Origin: an uncultured Gemmatimonadales bacterium
GTDB lineage: Bacteria > Gemmatimonadota > Gemmatimonadetes > Gemmatimonadales > GWC2-71-9
DNA: 64,000 nt
Direction: 5' to 3'
NCBI GenBank assembly: GCA_963739455.1
Contig: CAVUAK010000002.1
Span: 96,001 to 160,000, forward strand
The position numbers were made by a program, and so were the translations under genes. This document shows positions 1-12,128 of the stretch, piece after piece; the first letter of the stretch is position 1, and the number at the start of each line of letters is the position of its first letter. The notes below the pieces were generated by a model that saw only the letters and a list, made by a program, of their open reading frames with translations, had not been told where the DNA came from and made no database searches.

Positions 1-219
1 CCACTTGAGCCCGGTGGGGAAGCCGGCGCCACCCCGGCCGCGCAGGCCCGACGCCTTGATCACCTCGATGAGGTCCACGCGCGGCATCGCCAGCGCCTTC
101 TTCAGCCCCGCGTACCCGCCTCGCTCCACCCAGCCCGCATAGGAGCGCGCCACAGGATCCCCGAAGTACTTCGAGAGCAGCACGGTCTCCTTTGGATGGC
201 TCGGGTGCGGATAGCCCAT
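1..219 (-). CDS. nuoF: NADH-quinone oxidoreductase subunit F, 5' part (runs off window)
   Basis: Manual translation [20 protein letters not shown]...[17 protein letters not shown] contains the NuoF FMN/NADH motif; follows nuoE. Confidence 0.93.
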   Translation of the reverse strand, partial: MGYPHPSHPKETVLLSKYFGDPVARSYAGWVERGGYAGLKKALAMPRVDLIEVIKASGLRGRGGAGFPTGLKW

Positions 220-235
220 GGTCGCCTCGTGTTCC

Positions 236-754
236 TTACTTGTAGGCGGCGAGAATGCCGGGGACGCGCTCGGGGGTGACGCCCTCGATGAAGTCGTCAT
301 CCACCAGGATCGGCGTCGCGAACCCGCAGGCGCCGAGGCACTCCACCTCGATCGCCGTAAACCGGCCATCGGGACTCGTGGCTCCCAGTTCGCCGCAGCC
401 CGACTCGCGGAGGATCGCCTGCAGCGTCTCCTCGGCGCCGCACAGGCCGCAGGGCGACGTCGTGCAGACCTGGATGAAGTGCCGCCCAACCGGGTGGGTG
501 TGGTACATCGTGTAGAACGTCACCACGCCCTTCACGAAGGCCGGCGTGACGCCGAGCACCTCGCCCACCTCCGCCATCGCCGCCTCGGAGATCCAGCCGC
601 GACGCTCCTGGATCATCCAGAGCGCCGGGAGCAGGCACGCCTGCTTCGTCGGGTACTTGGGGAACAGCGCCTCGAGCCGTGCCTTCACCTCGCCCACGAA
701 GACCGGCTCGTGCGCGGCGACAGTCCCGTCAGCGTGCGGGGCAGCATGGATCAT
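236..754 (-). CDS. nuoE: NADH-quinone oxidoreductase subunit E
   Basis: 2Fe-2S ligands CTTSPC...[13 protein letters not shown] motif. Confidence 0.95.
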   Translation of the reverse strand: MIHAAPHADGTVAAHEPVFVGEVKARLEALFPKYPTKQACLLPALWMIQERRGWISEAAMAEVGEVLGVTPAFVKGVVTFYTMYHTHPVGRHFIQVCTTSPCGLCGAEETLQAILRESGCGELGATSPDGRFTAIEVECLGACGFATPILVDDDFIEGVTPERVPGILAAYK

Positions 755-2056
755 CGGTCGATCTCTCCCATGACGATGTCGATGCTCGCATTGATGGCGA
801 TGACGTCGGACAGGAGGGCGCCCTCGCAGAGCCGTGGCAGCGCGGACAGGTTGAGGAACGACGGCGGGCGTATCCGCCAGCGCACCGGCTTCGCCGTGCC
901 ATCGGACACGAAGTAGTAGCCCAGCTCGCCCTTCGGGTTCTCGATGCCCAGGTAGGCTTCGCCCACCGGTGGCTTGATCCCTTCCATGACCTGCTTGAAG
1001 TGGAAGATCATCGCCTCCATGTCGCTCATGGCACGCGACTTGGGCGGCAGCACCACACGCGGGTCGTCCACATTGATCGGGCCGGGCTTGAGGCGCGCAA
1101 GCGCCTGCTCCAGGATCCGCACCGCCTGCCGCATCTCCTCCATGCGCACGAGGTAGCGGTCGTAGATGTCGCCGTGCTCACCTACCGGCACGTCGAAGTC
1201 GTACGTCTCGTAGCCGAGATACGGCCGGTCCTTGCGCATGTCGAACGGCACGCCGCTGGCCCGCAGCATCGGTCCGGTCAGCGAGCAGTTGATCGCCGTC
1301 TCCGCCATTGATCACCCCGACGCCCTGCGTGCGGCCGCACCAGATCGAGTTGCGGGTGAACATCGAGTCGATCTCGTCCAGCGTCTTCGGGAAGGTGCGG
1401 CAGAAGTCGCGCAGCCCCGCCTCCCAGCCATCGGGGATGTCGGCCATCAAGCCGCCCACGCGTGTCAGGCTGGTGGTGAGCCGCGCACCGGTCCACGCTT
1501 CCTGCAGGTTGTAGATCCGCTCGCGCTCCTGGAAGGCCCACAGGAACGGCGTGAAGGCACCCAGGTCGATGCCGGTTGTGCCCAGCCACACGAGGTGCGA
1601 GATGATCCGGCTCATTTCGCACGCGATGACCCGCAGCACCGTGCAGCGCTCGGTGATCTCGAGTCCCATCAGCTTCTCGACCGCCAGCGCGAGGCAGACG
1701 TTGTTCGCCATCGGCGACAGGTAGTCGGTGCGGTCGGTGAGCGGCACGATCTGGTTGTACTGCCGGTACTCGCCCAGCTTCTCGAAACCGGAGTGCAGGT
1801 AGCCGATGTGCGGAATGCAGCGCCGCACCGTCTCCCCATCGAGCTCGAGCACCAGCCGGAGCACGCCATGGGTGGCCGGGTGCTGCGGTCCGATGTTGAT
1901 CAGCATGTGCTCGGCGCCAAAGGCCTCGTCGAAATGGCCGGGCGCCTCGAATTCGCCGGTGTCCTGCAGCTGGACACCGAGCGGCACGGTGATCGGGCGC
2001 CCGCGGGCATCGAGGCCGGAGGTGCCCAGGGCCACGTCTACGGTGCGCGTGCTCAC
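751..2056 (-). CDS. nuoD: NADH-quinone oxidoreductase subunit D (indel near 1308)
   Basis: [13 protein letters not shown] motif and C-terminal DIVMGEIDR split over two frames. Confidence 0.93.
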
Positions 2057-2673
2057 TCGACGAAGCCCCGCTTGCCCTGCTTCAGGCGCTCACGCACGTC
2101 CTCCGGAAGGTTCCGGTACTCCTCGGCGATCGACAGTTCCTCGAGCGAGTAGTGCGCTTCCGGGTTGCCGGCGAGCGCCTGGCGGGTCTGCTCCGAGCGG
2201 CTGAAGTGGCCGCGCAGCGGAAAGCTCTTCCGGAGCGGGTGACCCTCGGCGTACGTCTCCCACATGAGGATCCGGCGCATGTCGGGATGCCCGATGAACA
2301 GCACGCCGAACATGTCGAACACCTCGCGCTCGAGCCAGTTCGCGCCGCGCCACAGGTCCCACACCGTCGGCACCTCGAGCGGCTGGTCGGCCGTGAGCGC
2401 GACCTTGACCCGCAGGTCGGCGGGGCGGTCCAGTGCGCGGATCTGCCAGACCACCTCGAGCGCGCGCTCCGGGTCCCGGTAGTCCACCGCGGTGATGTCG
2501 GTGAGGTAGCTGAAGTCCTGGCCCGGCGTCTCCTTCAGCCACTCCAGCACGTCGTGCACCCGCTCGCGCGAGGCGTAGACGATCGTGTCGCCGCAGGACA
2601 CGACGTGGCGCTCGATCGCATCGCCGAACTCCTTCCGGAGCGGCGCCACCGAGGGCGACAGCGCGGCCGTCAT
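2053..2673 (-). CDS. nuoC: NADH-quinone oxidoreductase subunit C
   Basis: [13 protein letters not shown]...GHPLRK motif; ATG overlaps the nuoB stop. Confidence 0.92.
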   Translation of the reverse strand: MTAALSPSVAPLRKEFGDAIERHVVSCGDTIVYASRERVHDVLEWLKETPGQDFSYLTDITAVDYRDPERALEVVWQIRALDRPADLRVKVALTADQPLEVPTVWDLWRGANWLEREVFDMFGVLFIGHPDMRRILMWETYAEGHPLRKSFPLRGHFSRSEQTRQALAGNPEAHYSLEELSIAEEYRNLPEDVRERLKQGKRGFVE

Positions 2674-3294
2674 GTCGACCGGGTCTGGGACACGGAGTTG
2701 CCGAACGGCTCGGACAGCTCGTCGATCCGGTCGGGCGGGAGGTACAGGCCGTTGGCCCCGATGGTCTGCTCGCGCCGGATGAGGTCGTCGGTGAAGCTCT
2801 CGCCCGCGAATCTTCTTCATCAGCAGCATCACGCCGTAGAGCAGCCCTTCCGGACGCGGCGGGCAGCCGGGGACGTAGACGTCAACCGGGATGATCGTGT
2901 CGATGCCCTGCACCATGGCGTAGTTGTCGAAGATGCCGCCCGATGAGGCGCAGGCGCCCATCGAGATCGACCACTTGGGCTGCGGCATCTGGTCCCAGAC
3001 CCGGCGGATGACCGGCGCCAGCTTGAACGGCAGGCGGCCCGCGCAGATCAGCACGTCCGCCTGGCGGGGCGAGAAGCTCATGCGCTCCATGCCGAAGCGC
3101 GAGATGTCATAGCGCGATGCCGCCGTCGCCATGAACTCGATGGCGCAGCAGGCGGTACCGAACGGCATCGGCCACAGCGACCCCGTCCGGGCCCAGTTGG
3201 CCAGGAAATCGAGGCTCGTGGTCATGAAGTTGGGCGACACCGCCGACACTACCGGCGACCCGGCCGCCCCGGGTTCGATCTCGCTCAGTCCCAT
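2670..3294 (-). CDS. nuoB: NADH-quinone oxidoreductase subunit B (indel near 3' end)
   Basis: [20 protein letters not shown] and VPGCPPRPE motifs. Confidence 0.93.
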
Positions 3295-3651
3295 TGCAGT
3301 GCCCCACGCTTCCAGATGTACAGGTAGCCGGCGCCCAGCACGAACATGAAGGCGAACATTTCGATCATCAGGAGCCCGGCCGACTTCGGGGATGCTGTGG
3401 AAGGCCACGGCCCACGGAATCAGGAAGACGGTCTCGATGTCGAACACGATGAAGAGCATCGCCACGAGGTAGAACTTGACCGAGAATCGCTGGCGGGCGT
3501 CACCGATGGTGGGCATGCCCGATTCGTACGGCTGCTGCTTGGCCGGATTGGTTCGGGACGACGACAGGAAGTGCGAGAGCCCGATCAGCAGGATCGCATT
3601 GGCGACTACGAACGCGATCAGGAGCAGGATCGGTACGAAGGGCCTGAGCAT
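3285..3651 (-). CDS. nuoA: NADH-quinone oxidoreductase subunit A (indel near 3380)
   Basis: PYESG...[15 protein letters not shown]; ends GALQWD* in the shifted frame. Confidence 0.92.
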
Positions 3652-3661
3652 TAGGAGGCTC

Positions 3662-3679
3662 TCGTGAATGTTTTCACTT
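3662..3679. promoter_or_regulatory. Putative Rex operator upstream of nuoA
   Basis: tcGTGAA-tgtt-TTCACtt matches the core of the Rex consensus TTGTGAA-N4-TTCACAA; lies between the predicted -10 and the nuoA start. Confidence 0.6.
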
Positions 3680-3688
3680 GCGTGCTGG

Positions 3689-3718
3689 AAACTAACCCAC
3701 CGGGACCGGGCAATTCAA
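3689..3718 (-). promoter_or_regulatory. Putative sigma70 promoter of the nuo operon
   Basis: TTGAAT-N18-TAGTTT on the minus strand. Confidence 0.4.
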
Positions 3719-3832
3719 CCCGAACTGTCGACGGGCAAACACTATAGGAGCGGTCCCGGTTGCCGCTTGTCCGGGGGTTATATTGCAGCGCCGAAACAGT
3801 CCCCTGGATCCCTAACAACCGACCGCTTCCCT

Positions 3833-4393
3833 ATGTCCATCAAGTCCGACCGCTGGATCCGTCGCATGGCCCGGGAAACCGGCATGATCGAGCCCTTTAC
3901 CGACGGCCAGGTCCGGGCCGGCGCGATCAGCTACGGGGTCTCCTCCTACGGCTACGACATGCGGGTGGCGCCGGAGTTCAAGATCTTCACCAACGCGCTC
4001 TCGGCCATCGTCGACCCCAAGAACTTCGACGACAAGAGCTTTGTCGAGTTCTCGGGCGACGTCTGCGTGGTGCCGCCGAATAGCTTCGCCCTGGCCCGCT
4101 CGGTGGAGTACTTCCGCATCCCCCGCAACGTGCTCACCATCTGCGTCGGGAAGTCCACCTACGCCCGCTGCGGGATCATCACCAACGTCACCCCGTTCGA
4201 GCCCGAGTGGGAAGGTCATGTAACGCTCGAGATCAGCAATACAACACCACTCCCGGCAAAGATTTATGCGAATGAGGGCATCTGCCAGGTGCTCTTCTTC
4301 GAGGCCGACGATGACGACGTCTGCGAAACCAGCTATGCCGACAAGAAGGGGAAGTATCAGGCGCAGCGGGGAGTGACACTGCCGCGGTTGTAG
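3833..4393 (+). CDS. dcd: dCTP deaminase
   Basis: [23 protein letters not shown] and YQAQRGVT motifs. Confidence 0.95.
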   Translation: MSIKSDRWIRRMARETGMIEPFTDGQVRAGAISYGVSSYGYDMRVAPEFKIFTNALSAIVDPKNFDDKSFVEFSGDVCVVPPNSFALARSVEYFRIPRNVLTICVGKSTYARCGIITNVTPFEPEWEGHVTLEISNTTPLPAKIYANEGICQVLFFEADDDDVCETSYADKKGKYQAQRGVTLPRL

Positions 4394-4425
4394 TACCTGC
4401 AGGGTTGGGCGCTGGCTGGATTGAC

Positions 4426-5928
4426 CTAGTGCAGCGCCCCTGTCACGTCGTAGACGACCAGCGCCGGGTCGGCGGGGTTCCGCGCGGCGAAAACGAAATC
4501 CCTCCCGCCGATCCGGGCGAACGTCCCGGTATGCAGGCCTCCAGTCTCCAGCGCCGAGGTCACCAGTGTCGGGTGACCTGCCCCGTCCAGCGAGTAGATG
4601 AAGAACCCTCCGGCCGCCCCCCGTTCCGCCGTCAGCAGCAACCGCGTGCCGTTGCTCCCGACCTCCACATCGCTCACCGTGCCCACGTCCGGGAGGATCA
4701 GCGAGTCGGCGAGGAACGGCTCACCTGATGCAAGCAGCGACCAGACCTTGAGCGCATTGCCGGCATTCCGGTGACCCAGGCTGTCCAGGCGCGCCAGCCC
4801 GCCCCACGTTCCGGTGAACGCGAATGCGCCCTGCACCCACAGGTCCGACGTGTACCGCTCCAGCACGTTCTGCCCGCCGCCCAGCACCGCCAACCCTCCG
4901 CTTGCAGGGGCGAGGCGCCAGAATCCCGTCTCCATGTCGCTGGCGTAGACCGACCCGTTGGCAACCTGGACGCCCCAGGTGTACGTGCTGTCGGGGCCGC
5001 CGGGCTTCACCTGCGCTATCAGCCGCGAAGCGAGATTCCCCGATAGCGTCCCGGACACATCGATCGCAACCACGCCCCCGTTGTAGTAGGCAGCGTACAG
5101 CACCTGGGCTGCCTCATCCATCCAGAAGTTGTGGGTGCCGGCGCCCGCCAGGCCGAAGCTGGCCACTTGCACCGGGTGCACCAGGTCGGAAACATCCACC
5201 ACGTAGATCTCACCCCGTGATGCGCTGCCGATCACGCCGGGGCCCTCCTGTCCCAGGAAGACGTAGCGCTTCTCACCGCTGACCGGGTTGTGGAACCACC
5301 AGGCATTGTGGATGGCCCCGGTGAGTCCGCTGACAGCCCCCACGCCCGGCACCATGCGGGAGACCTCGACTGGTGAGCTCGGGCTCCCGCCACGGATGCC
5401 CTGCCCAACGTCGTAGATGATGAGGCCGGTGTTCCATGCGCACACGAACGCGAGTCCGTCGCGCACGAACGTGTCGTGGATGCCGTAGTTGGGGAGAACG
5501 GGGACTTGGGCGACGCGCACTGCCGCCGCACTGCTCACGGCGGTGGTGCTGAACACGACGGGTGACGCTGCTGTCGCGCCGAGCGAGGCCGATACCGTCT
5601 GGCTTCCCACCGCCGCACCAAGCGTGTGAAGCACCGACGCCCGTCCCGCGGCGTCGGTGACACTGGTTGCTTCAGAGAGGGTGCCGTTGCCGCCCGAGGT
5701 TCTCCACGACACCCTCGCACCGGCCACCGGATGCGCCGCATCGTCCGTCACGAGGACCGTGTAGGCCACCGGCAGGACGGTACCTGCGACGGCGGTCTGC
5801 CCACTGCCGCCGACCGACACGAAGTTGCTCTCGACCGGCGGTGGCACCACCGGGCCGTTGTCGCCCGCGCCGCACGCTGCTCCCGCCGCGATGCCAGCGA
5901 GGAGCAGCGCGCGACGCACATGCGACAT
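4426..5928 (-). CDS. Lipoprotein with Ig-like (Big_1) domain and LVIVD-type beta-propeller
   Basis: Lipobox-like GAAC; TDAAGRAS Ig motif; repeats GLIIYDV, IYVVDVSD, VVAIDVS, LVVYDVT. Confidence 0.7.
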   Translation of the reverse strand: MSHVRRALLLAGIAAGAACGAGDNGPVVPPPVESNFVSVGGSGQTAVAGTVLPVAYTVLVTDDAAHPVAGARVSWRTSGGNGTLSEATSVTDAAGRASVLHTLGAAVGSQTVSASLGATAASPVVFSTTAVSSAAAVRVAQVPVLPNYGIHDTFVRDGLAFVCAWNTGLIIYDVGQGIRGGSPSSPVEVSRMVPGVGAVSGLTGAIHNAWWFHNPVSGEKRYVFLGQEGPGVIGSASRGEIYVVDVSDLVHPVQVASFGLAGAGTHNFWMDEAAQVLYAAYYNGGVVAIDVSGTLSGNLASRLIAQVKPGGPDSTYTWGVQVANGSVYASDMETGFWRLAPASGGLAVLGGGQNVLERYTSDLWVQGAFAFTGTWGGLARLDSLGHRNAGNALKVWSLLASGEPFLADSLILPDVGTVSDVEVGSNGTRLLLTAERGAAGGFFIYSLDGAGHPTLVTSALETGGLHTGTFARIGGRDFVFAARNPADPALVVYDVTGALH

Positions 5929-6380
5929 TATCGCGAGCGAACCGCGGCCCCGCCGCCGCCGCCACCGCCGCCGTCATCTCCACTCGAACGTGCCGTCGCG
6001 TTGAACGCGACCGGCGATCCATTCAGGGATGCGACCGCCTGGACCTTCTGCGCACCCACGATTGGACCAAGGACCCAGGTGACCTGGGCCAGGCCGTTCG
6101 CGTCGGTGGTCGTGGCGCTGGCACTGACGCTGCCGCCACCCTGCGTCGCGAACCATTGGATCCTCACGCCGGGAACCGGGTCACCCACGAAGTTGGTGGA
6201 TCGCACGGTGAGCAGCTCGCCGAGCTGGTCGCCGGCGTTGCCCGACTGTCCGTCACCGCTCACGTACTCGACCCCTGTCGCGATGGACGGGTCGTAGCCG
6301 TCGTTCGCCGAGCCGCAGGCGGCGAGCGTCACCGCCCCGACCGTGGTGGCCAGCGCCACCTTCACCAGTGCCATTCTCAC
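5928..6380 (-). CDS. Small lipoprotein with a single Ig-like (Big_1) domain
   Basis: LAAC lipobox; SGDGQ...TDANGLAQVTWVLG. Confidence 0.75.
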   Translation of the reverse strand: MRMALVKVALATTVGAVTLAACGSANDGYDPSIATGVEYVSGDGQSGNAGDQLGELLTVRSTNFVGDPVPGVRIQWFATQGGGSVSASATTTDANGLAQVTWVLGPIVGAQKVQAVASLNGSPVAFNATARSSGDDGGGGGGGGAAVRSR

Positions 6381-6392
6381 GACGCAATCCTC

Positions 6393-7646
6393 CTAGTGTG
6401 CATGTACACTCCTGGTTCCCACCACCTGTTCATCTGGAACAGCCACTGCCCCGTACCGCCCCATTCGTCCCATGCTGCCGCCGAAGTCGATCCGCATTCC
6501 CACCGTGACGCCGCGCATGTCGTTCGTGCCATACAGTGCCGCAGCGTCGAAGAGCCCACCACCCACACCGGCCACCGTGCCGAACGTCACTTCGACAAAG
6601 GGCTGGAACCCGACCCTGCCGCCTGCCAGCGCCAGCTGCAGCGCATAGTTGATCGTGTGCAGCGTCCATTCCGACTGCCCGACGATGCTGTTGTCCAGCA
6701 GCGGCCGGGGCGAGCGAAACAGGTTGTCGAAGTAGCGCTCCTCTTCCGGTCGCCCGGTGTGCTCGACGCGGTACCCGACCCGGTGACGACCCCGGAGCAC
6801 CGAGGCTTCCGCCAGGACCGAGGCGAACACGAACGCATTCTCGCCTTCCTCGGTACGCGCCCATTCCAGCAGGCCGTAGATCCCCGTGCGCCCGGCCACG
6901 CGTTGCATGCGGGCAGATGCGCTCCACTTTGCCTGGTCGAGTCCGGCGCCAGGCCGGTGCTCCGGAGAGTGGACCGACGCGTAGGAGCCCTGCACCTCCA
7001 GGCCGCGCACCGGCCACAGCGTCAGCCGCGTCGCCCACGAATCAGCGAACCGGCTCATGTTCGGCCACTGGCCCGGGTTCTCCGGCTCATCACCGTTGAA
7101 CACGGCGCCCTCGAGCCCCACGATTCCAAGCCGCCACCCTGTCGCAATCTCGGCGCGCTCGACGATTTGCGCGAGATGATGATTCACCGGGAAACGCACA
7201 AACGGGCGCGACATCGGGTCATCCGTACCAAACGGGACGATGCCCTTTCCCGCTGCGAGGCCGCCGGCGATGCTCACCGCTGACACGCGGCCGATCGGGC
7301 CCGACCCCCAGGCCATCGCCTCGTGCAGGTACGTGTGCGGATGACGGCGGTCAACGAATCCCTCGCCCCAGCCGCCGAGCGCCAGTTCACCCGCGGGCAT
7401 CGTCAGTCCCTCGAAGTCGAGGGTCAGTCGCCCCCGCAACGCCTGGCCGTACGCCGCCTGGCCCATGAGCACCGGCTGCAGCACCGTCACTTCCGTCAGC
7501 GACCCGCCACCCGGCACAACGTCGGAGGTGATGACCGACGGAAGTGCCTGCCCCATGAGGTGGCCCCGGAGCCGCTGCGCCCGCGCCGGGACAACCCCGG
7601 CACACAGGGCGACCACGAGCGCACCTGCGCTCCGAGAAAAGGACAT
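6393..7646 (-). CDS. Hypothetical secreted or outer-membrane beta-barrel protein with His-rich motifs
   Basis: Signal peptide ending ARA-Q; amphipathic strands; DRRHPH and NHH motifs. Confidence 0.6.
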   Translation of the reverse strand: MSFSRSAGALVVALCAGVVPARAQRLRGHLMGQALPSVITSDVVPGGGSLTEVTVLQPVLMGQAAYGQALRGRLTLDFEGLTMPAGELALGGWGEGFVDRRHPHTYLHEAMAWGSGPIGRVSAVSIAGGLAAGKGIVPFGTDDPMSRPFVRFPVNHHLAQIVERAEIATGWRLGIVGLEGAVFNGDEPENPGQWPNMSRFADSWATRLTLWPVRGLEVQGSYASVHSPEHRPGAGLDQAKWSASARMQRVAGRTGIYGLLEWARTEEGENAFVFASVLAEASVLRGRHRVGYRVEHTGRPEEERYFDNLFRSPRPLLDNSIVGQSEWTLHTINYALQLALAGGRVGFQPFVEVTFGTVAGVGGGLFDAAALYGTNDMRGVTVGMRIDFGGSMGRMGRYGAVAVPDEQVVGTRSVHAH

Positions 7647-7712
7647 TGAGTGGATTCCGCCAAGGGAGACGAACAAGGTGGCGGCTTGCACACGGGCAAA
7701 CCCGACGCTGGG

Positions 7713-8497
7713 TCAGATGCCGCCGGCAGCGACCTCCTTGACCGGGGGCTGCGCGGCCGCGCGCAGGAAGTCGCCATTCATGCGGGTGATCGTGTCGATG
7801 CTGATTTCCTTGGGGCACGCTTCCTGGCACTCGCCGTACAGGGTGCAGCTGCCGAAGTGCTCGAGGTCCATCTGCTGCACCATCGACAGCGCTCGCCGGT
7901 AGCGCTCGGCCTGGCCCTGCGGCAGGACGCCGAGGTGCGTCACCTTGGCGGCGGTGAAGAGTGACGCCGAGCCGTTGGGACATGCCGCGACGCACGCGCC
8001 ACAGCCGATGCAGGCCGCCGCGTCCATCGCGCTGTCGCTCGCAATCTTGGGCACCGGGATAGCATTGCCATCGGGCGCACCACCCGTCGCCGCCGAGATG
8101 AACCCGCCCGAAGCGATGATCCGGTCGAACGCGCGGCGGTCCACCACCAGGTCGGCCAGCACCGGAAACGCCGCGGCGCGCCACGGCTCCACCGTGATCA
8201 CGTCGCCGTTCCTGAAGCTTCGCATGTGCAGCTGGCAGGTGGTCGTGGCGCGCGCTGGACCGTGCGCCACGCCATTGATCATCAGGCCGCACGTGCCACA
8301 GATCCCCTCGCGGCAATCGTGGTCGAACGCGATCGGCAGCTTGCCCTCGCCGATGAGTCGCTCGTTCAGTACGTCGAGCATCTCGAGGAACGACATCTCG
8401 GGGCTCACGCCCGGCACGTCATACGACACCAGTGAGCCGGCTGCGGCGGGGCCCGCCTGGCGCCAGACGCGGAGCGTGATCTGCATCAGGTCGTGGC

Positions 8498-8501
<4 letters not shown>
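7713..8501 (-). CDS. sdhB: Succinate dehydrogenase/fumarate reductase iron-sulfur subunit
   Basis: [21 protein letters not shown] and CQEACPK clusters. Confidence 0.95.
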
Positions 8502-10414
<1,913 letters not shown>

Positions 10415-10434
10415 TGAGTGCTCCTCACGCAGTT

Positions 10435-10456
10435 CCCCTCACCCCTCACCCCTCAC
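10435..10456. repeat. Heptamer tandem repeat (CCCCTCA)x3
   Basis: Read directly in the sdhC-sdhA spacer. Confidence 0.85.
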
Positions 10457-10461
10457 GCGGT

Positions 10462-11122
10462 TCAATTCACCACTCCCATCAGGATGGCCAGCGGCACAAC
10501 GGCGAATCCCACCGCAATGATGATCGCCACCGCCAGGGCCGCCCTTCGCTTGAGCGGTGACGCCGATGCCTGCGCCACACCCAGCGTCCGCAGGCTGCTC
10601 CAGGCCCCGTGATACAGGTGCAGCGCCAGTGCCGCCATGGCCACGATGTAGAAGACAGCGATCAGCGGACGTTGCAGTGAACCGAGCAGGTTGGCGTAGA
10701 CATCGCCCTCCTGGAATGCCGGGTTCACCTTCCCGATCGTCAGGTCGAGCAGGTGATAAACGATGAATACCAGGAGCAGCACCCCGCCCCAGCGCAGCGT
10801 GCGCGATGCAAGTGTCGACACCTGCGGCGTCCTCGTCGCGTACTCGACCGGCCGCGCTGCACGGTTCCGCATGGTCAGCTGCCACGCCGCCACCACGTGC
10901 AGCACCAGTGCTGCCAGCAGCGACGACGCGCGCGCCCCAGACCAGCTCATTCAGCGGGCCGTGGAGCAGGTGGCCGTAGGCATTCAGGCGCTCGGCCCCC
11001 TGGAACACCTGCAGGTTGCCCACCATGTGACCGACCACGAACAGCACACCGATGATGCCGGTGACCGCCATGACGGCCTTCTTGCCGACGGAGGAATCCC
11101 AGAATGCCGCGAGGCGGTTCAT
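10462..11122 (-). CDS. sdhC: Succinate dehydrogenase cytochrome b558 subunit (indel near 10925)
   Basis: SSVGKKAVMAVTG, HMVGNL and LHLYHGAWS heme-ligand motifs. Confidence 0.9.
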
Positions 11123-11125
11123 GGA

Positions 11126-12128
<1,003 letters not shown>

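Noticed and set aside
2053..3651. Apparent NuoA-NuoB-NuoC fusion ORF (532 aa)
   Set aside because: Indels join the frames. The native nuoA (GALQWD*) and nuoB stop codons and overlapping starts are visible in other frames.
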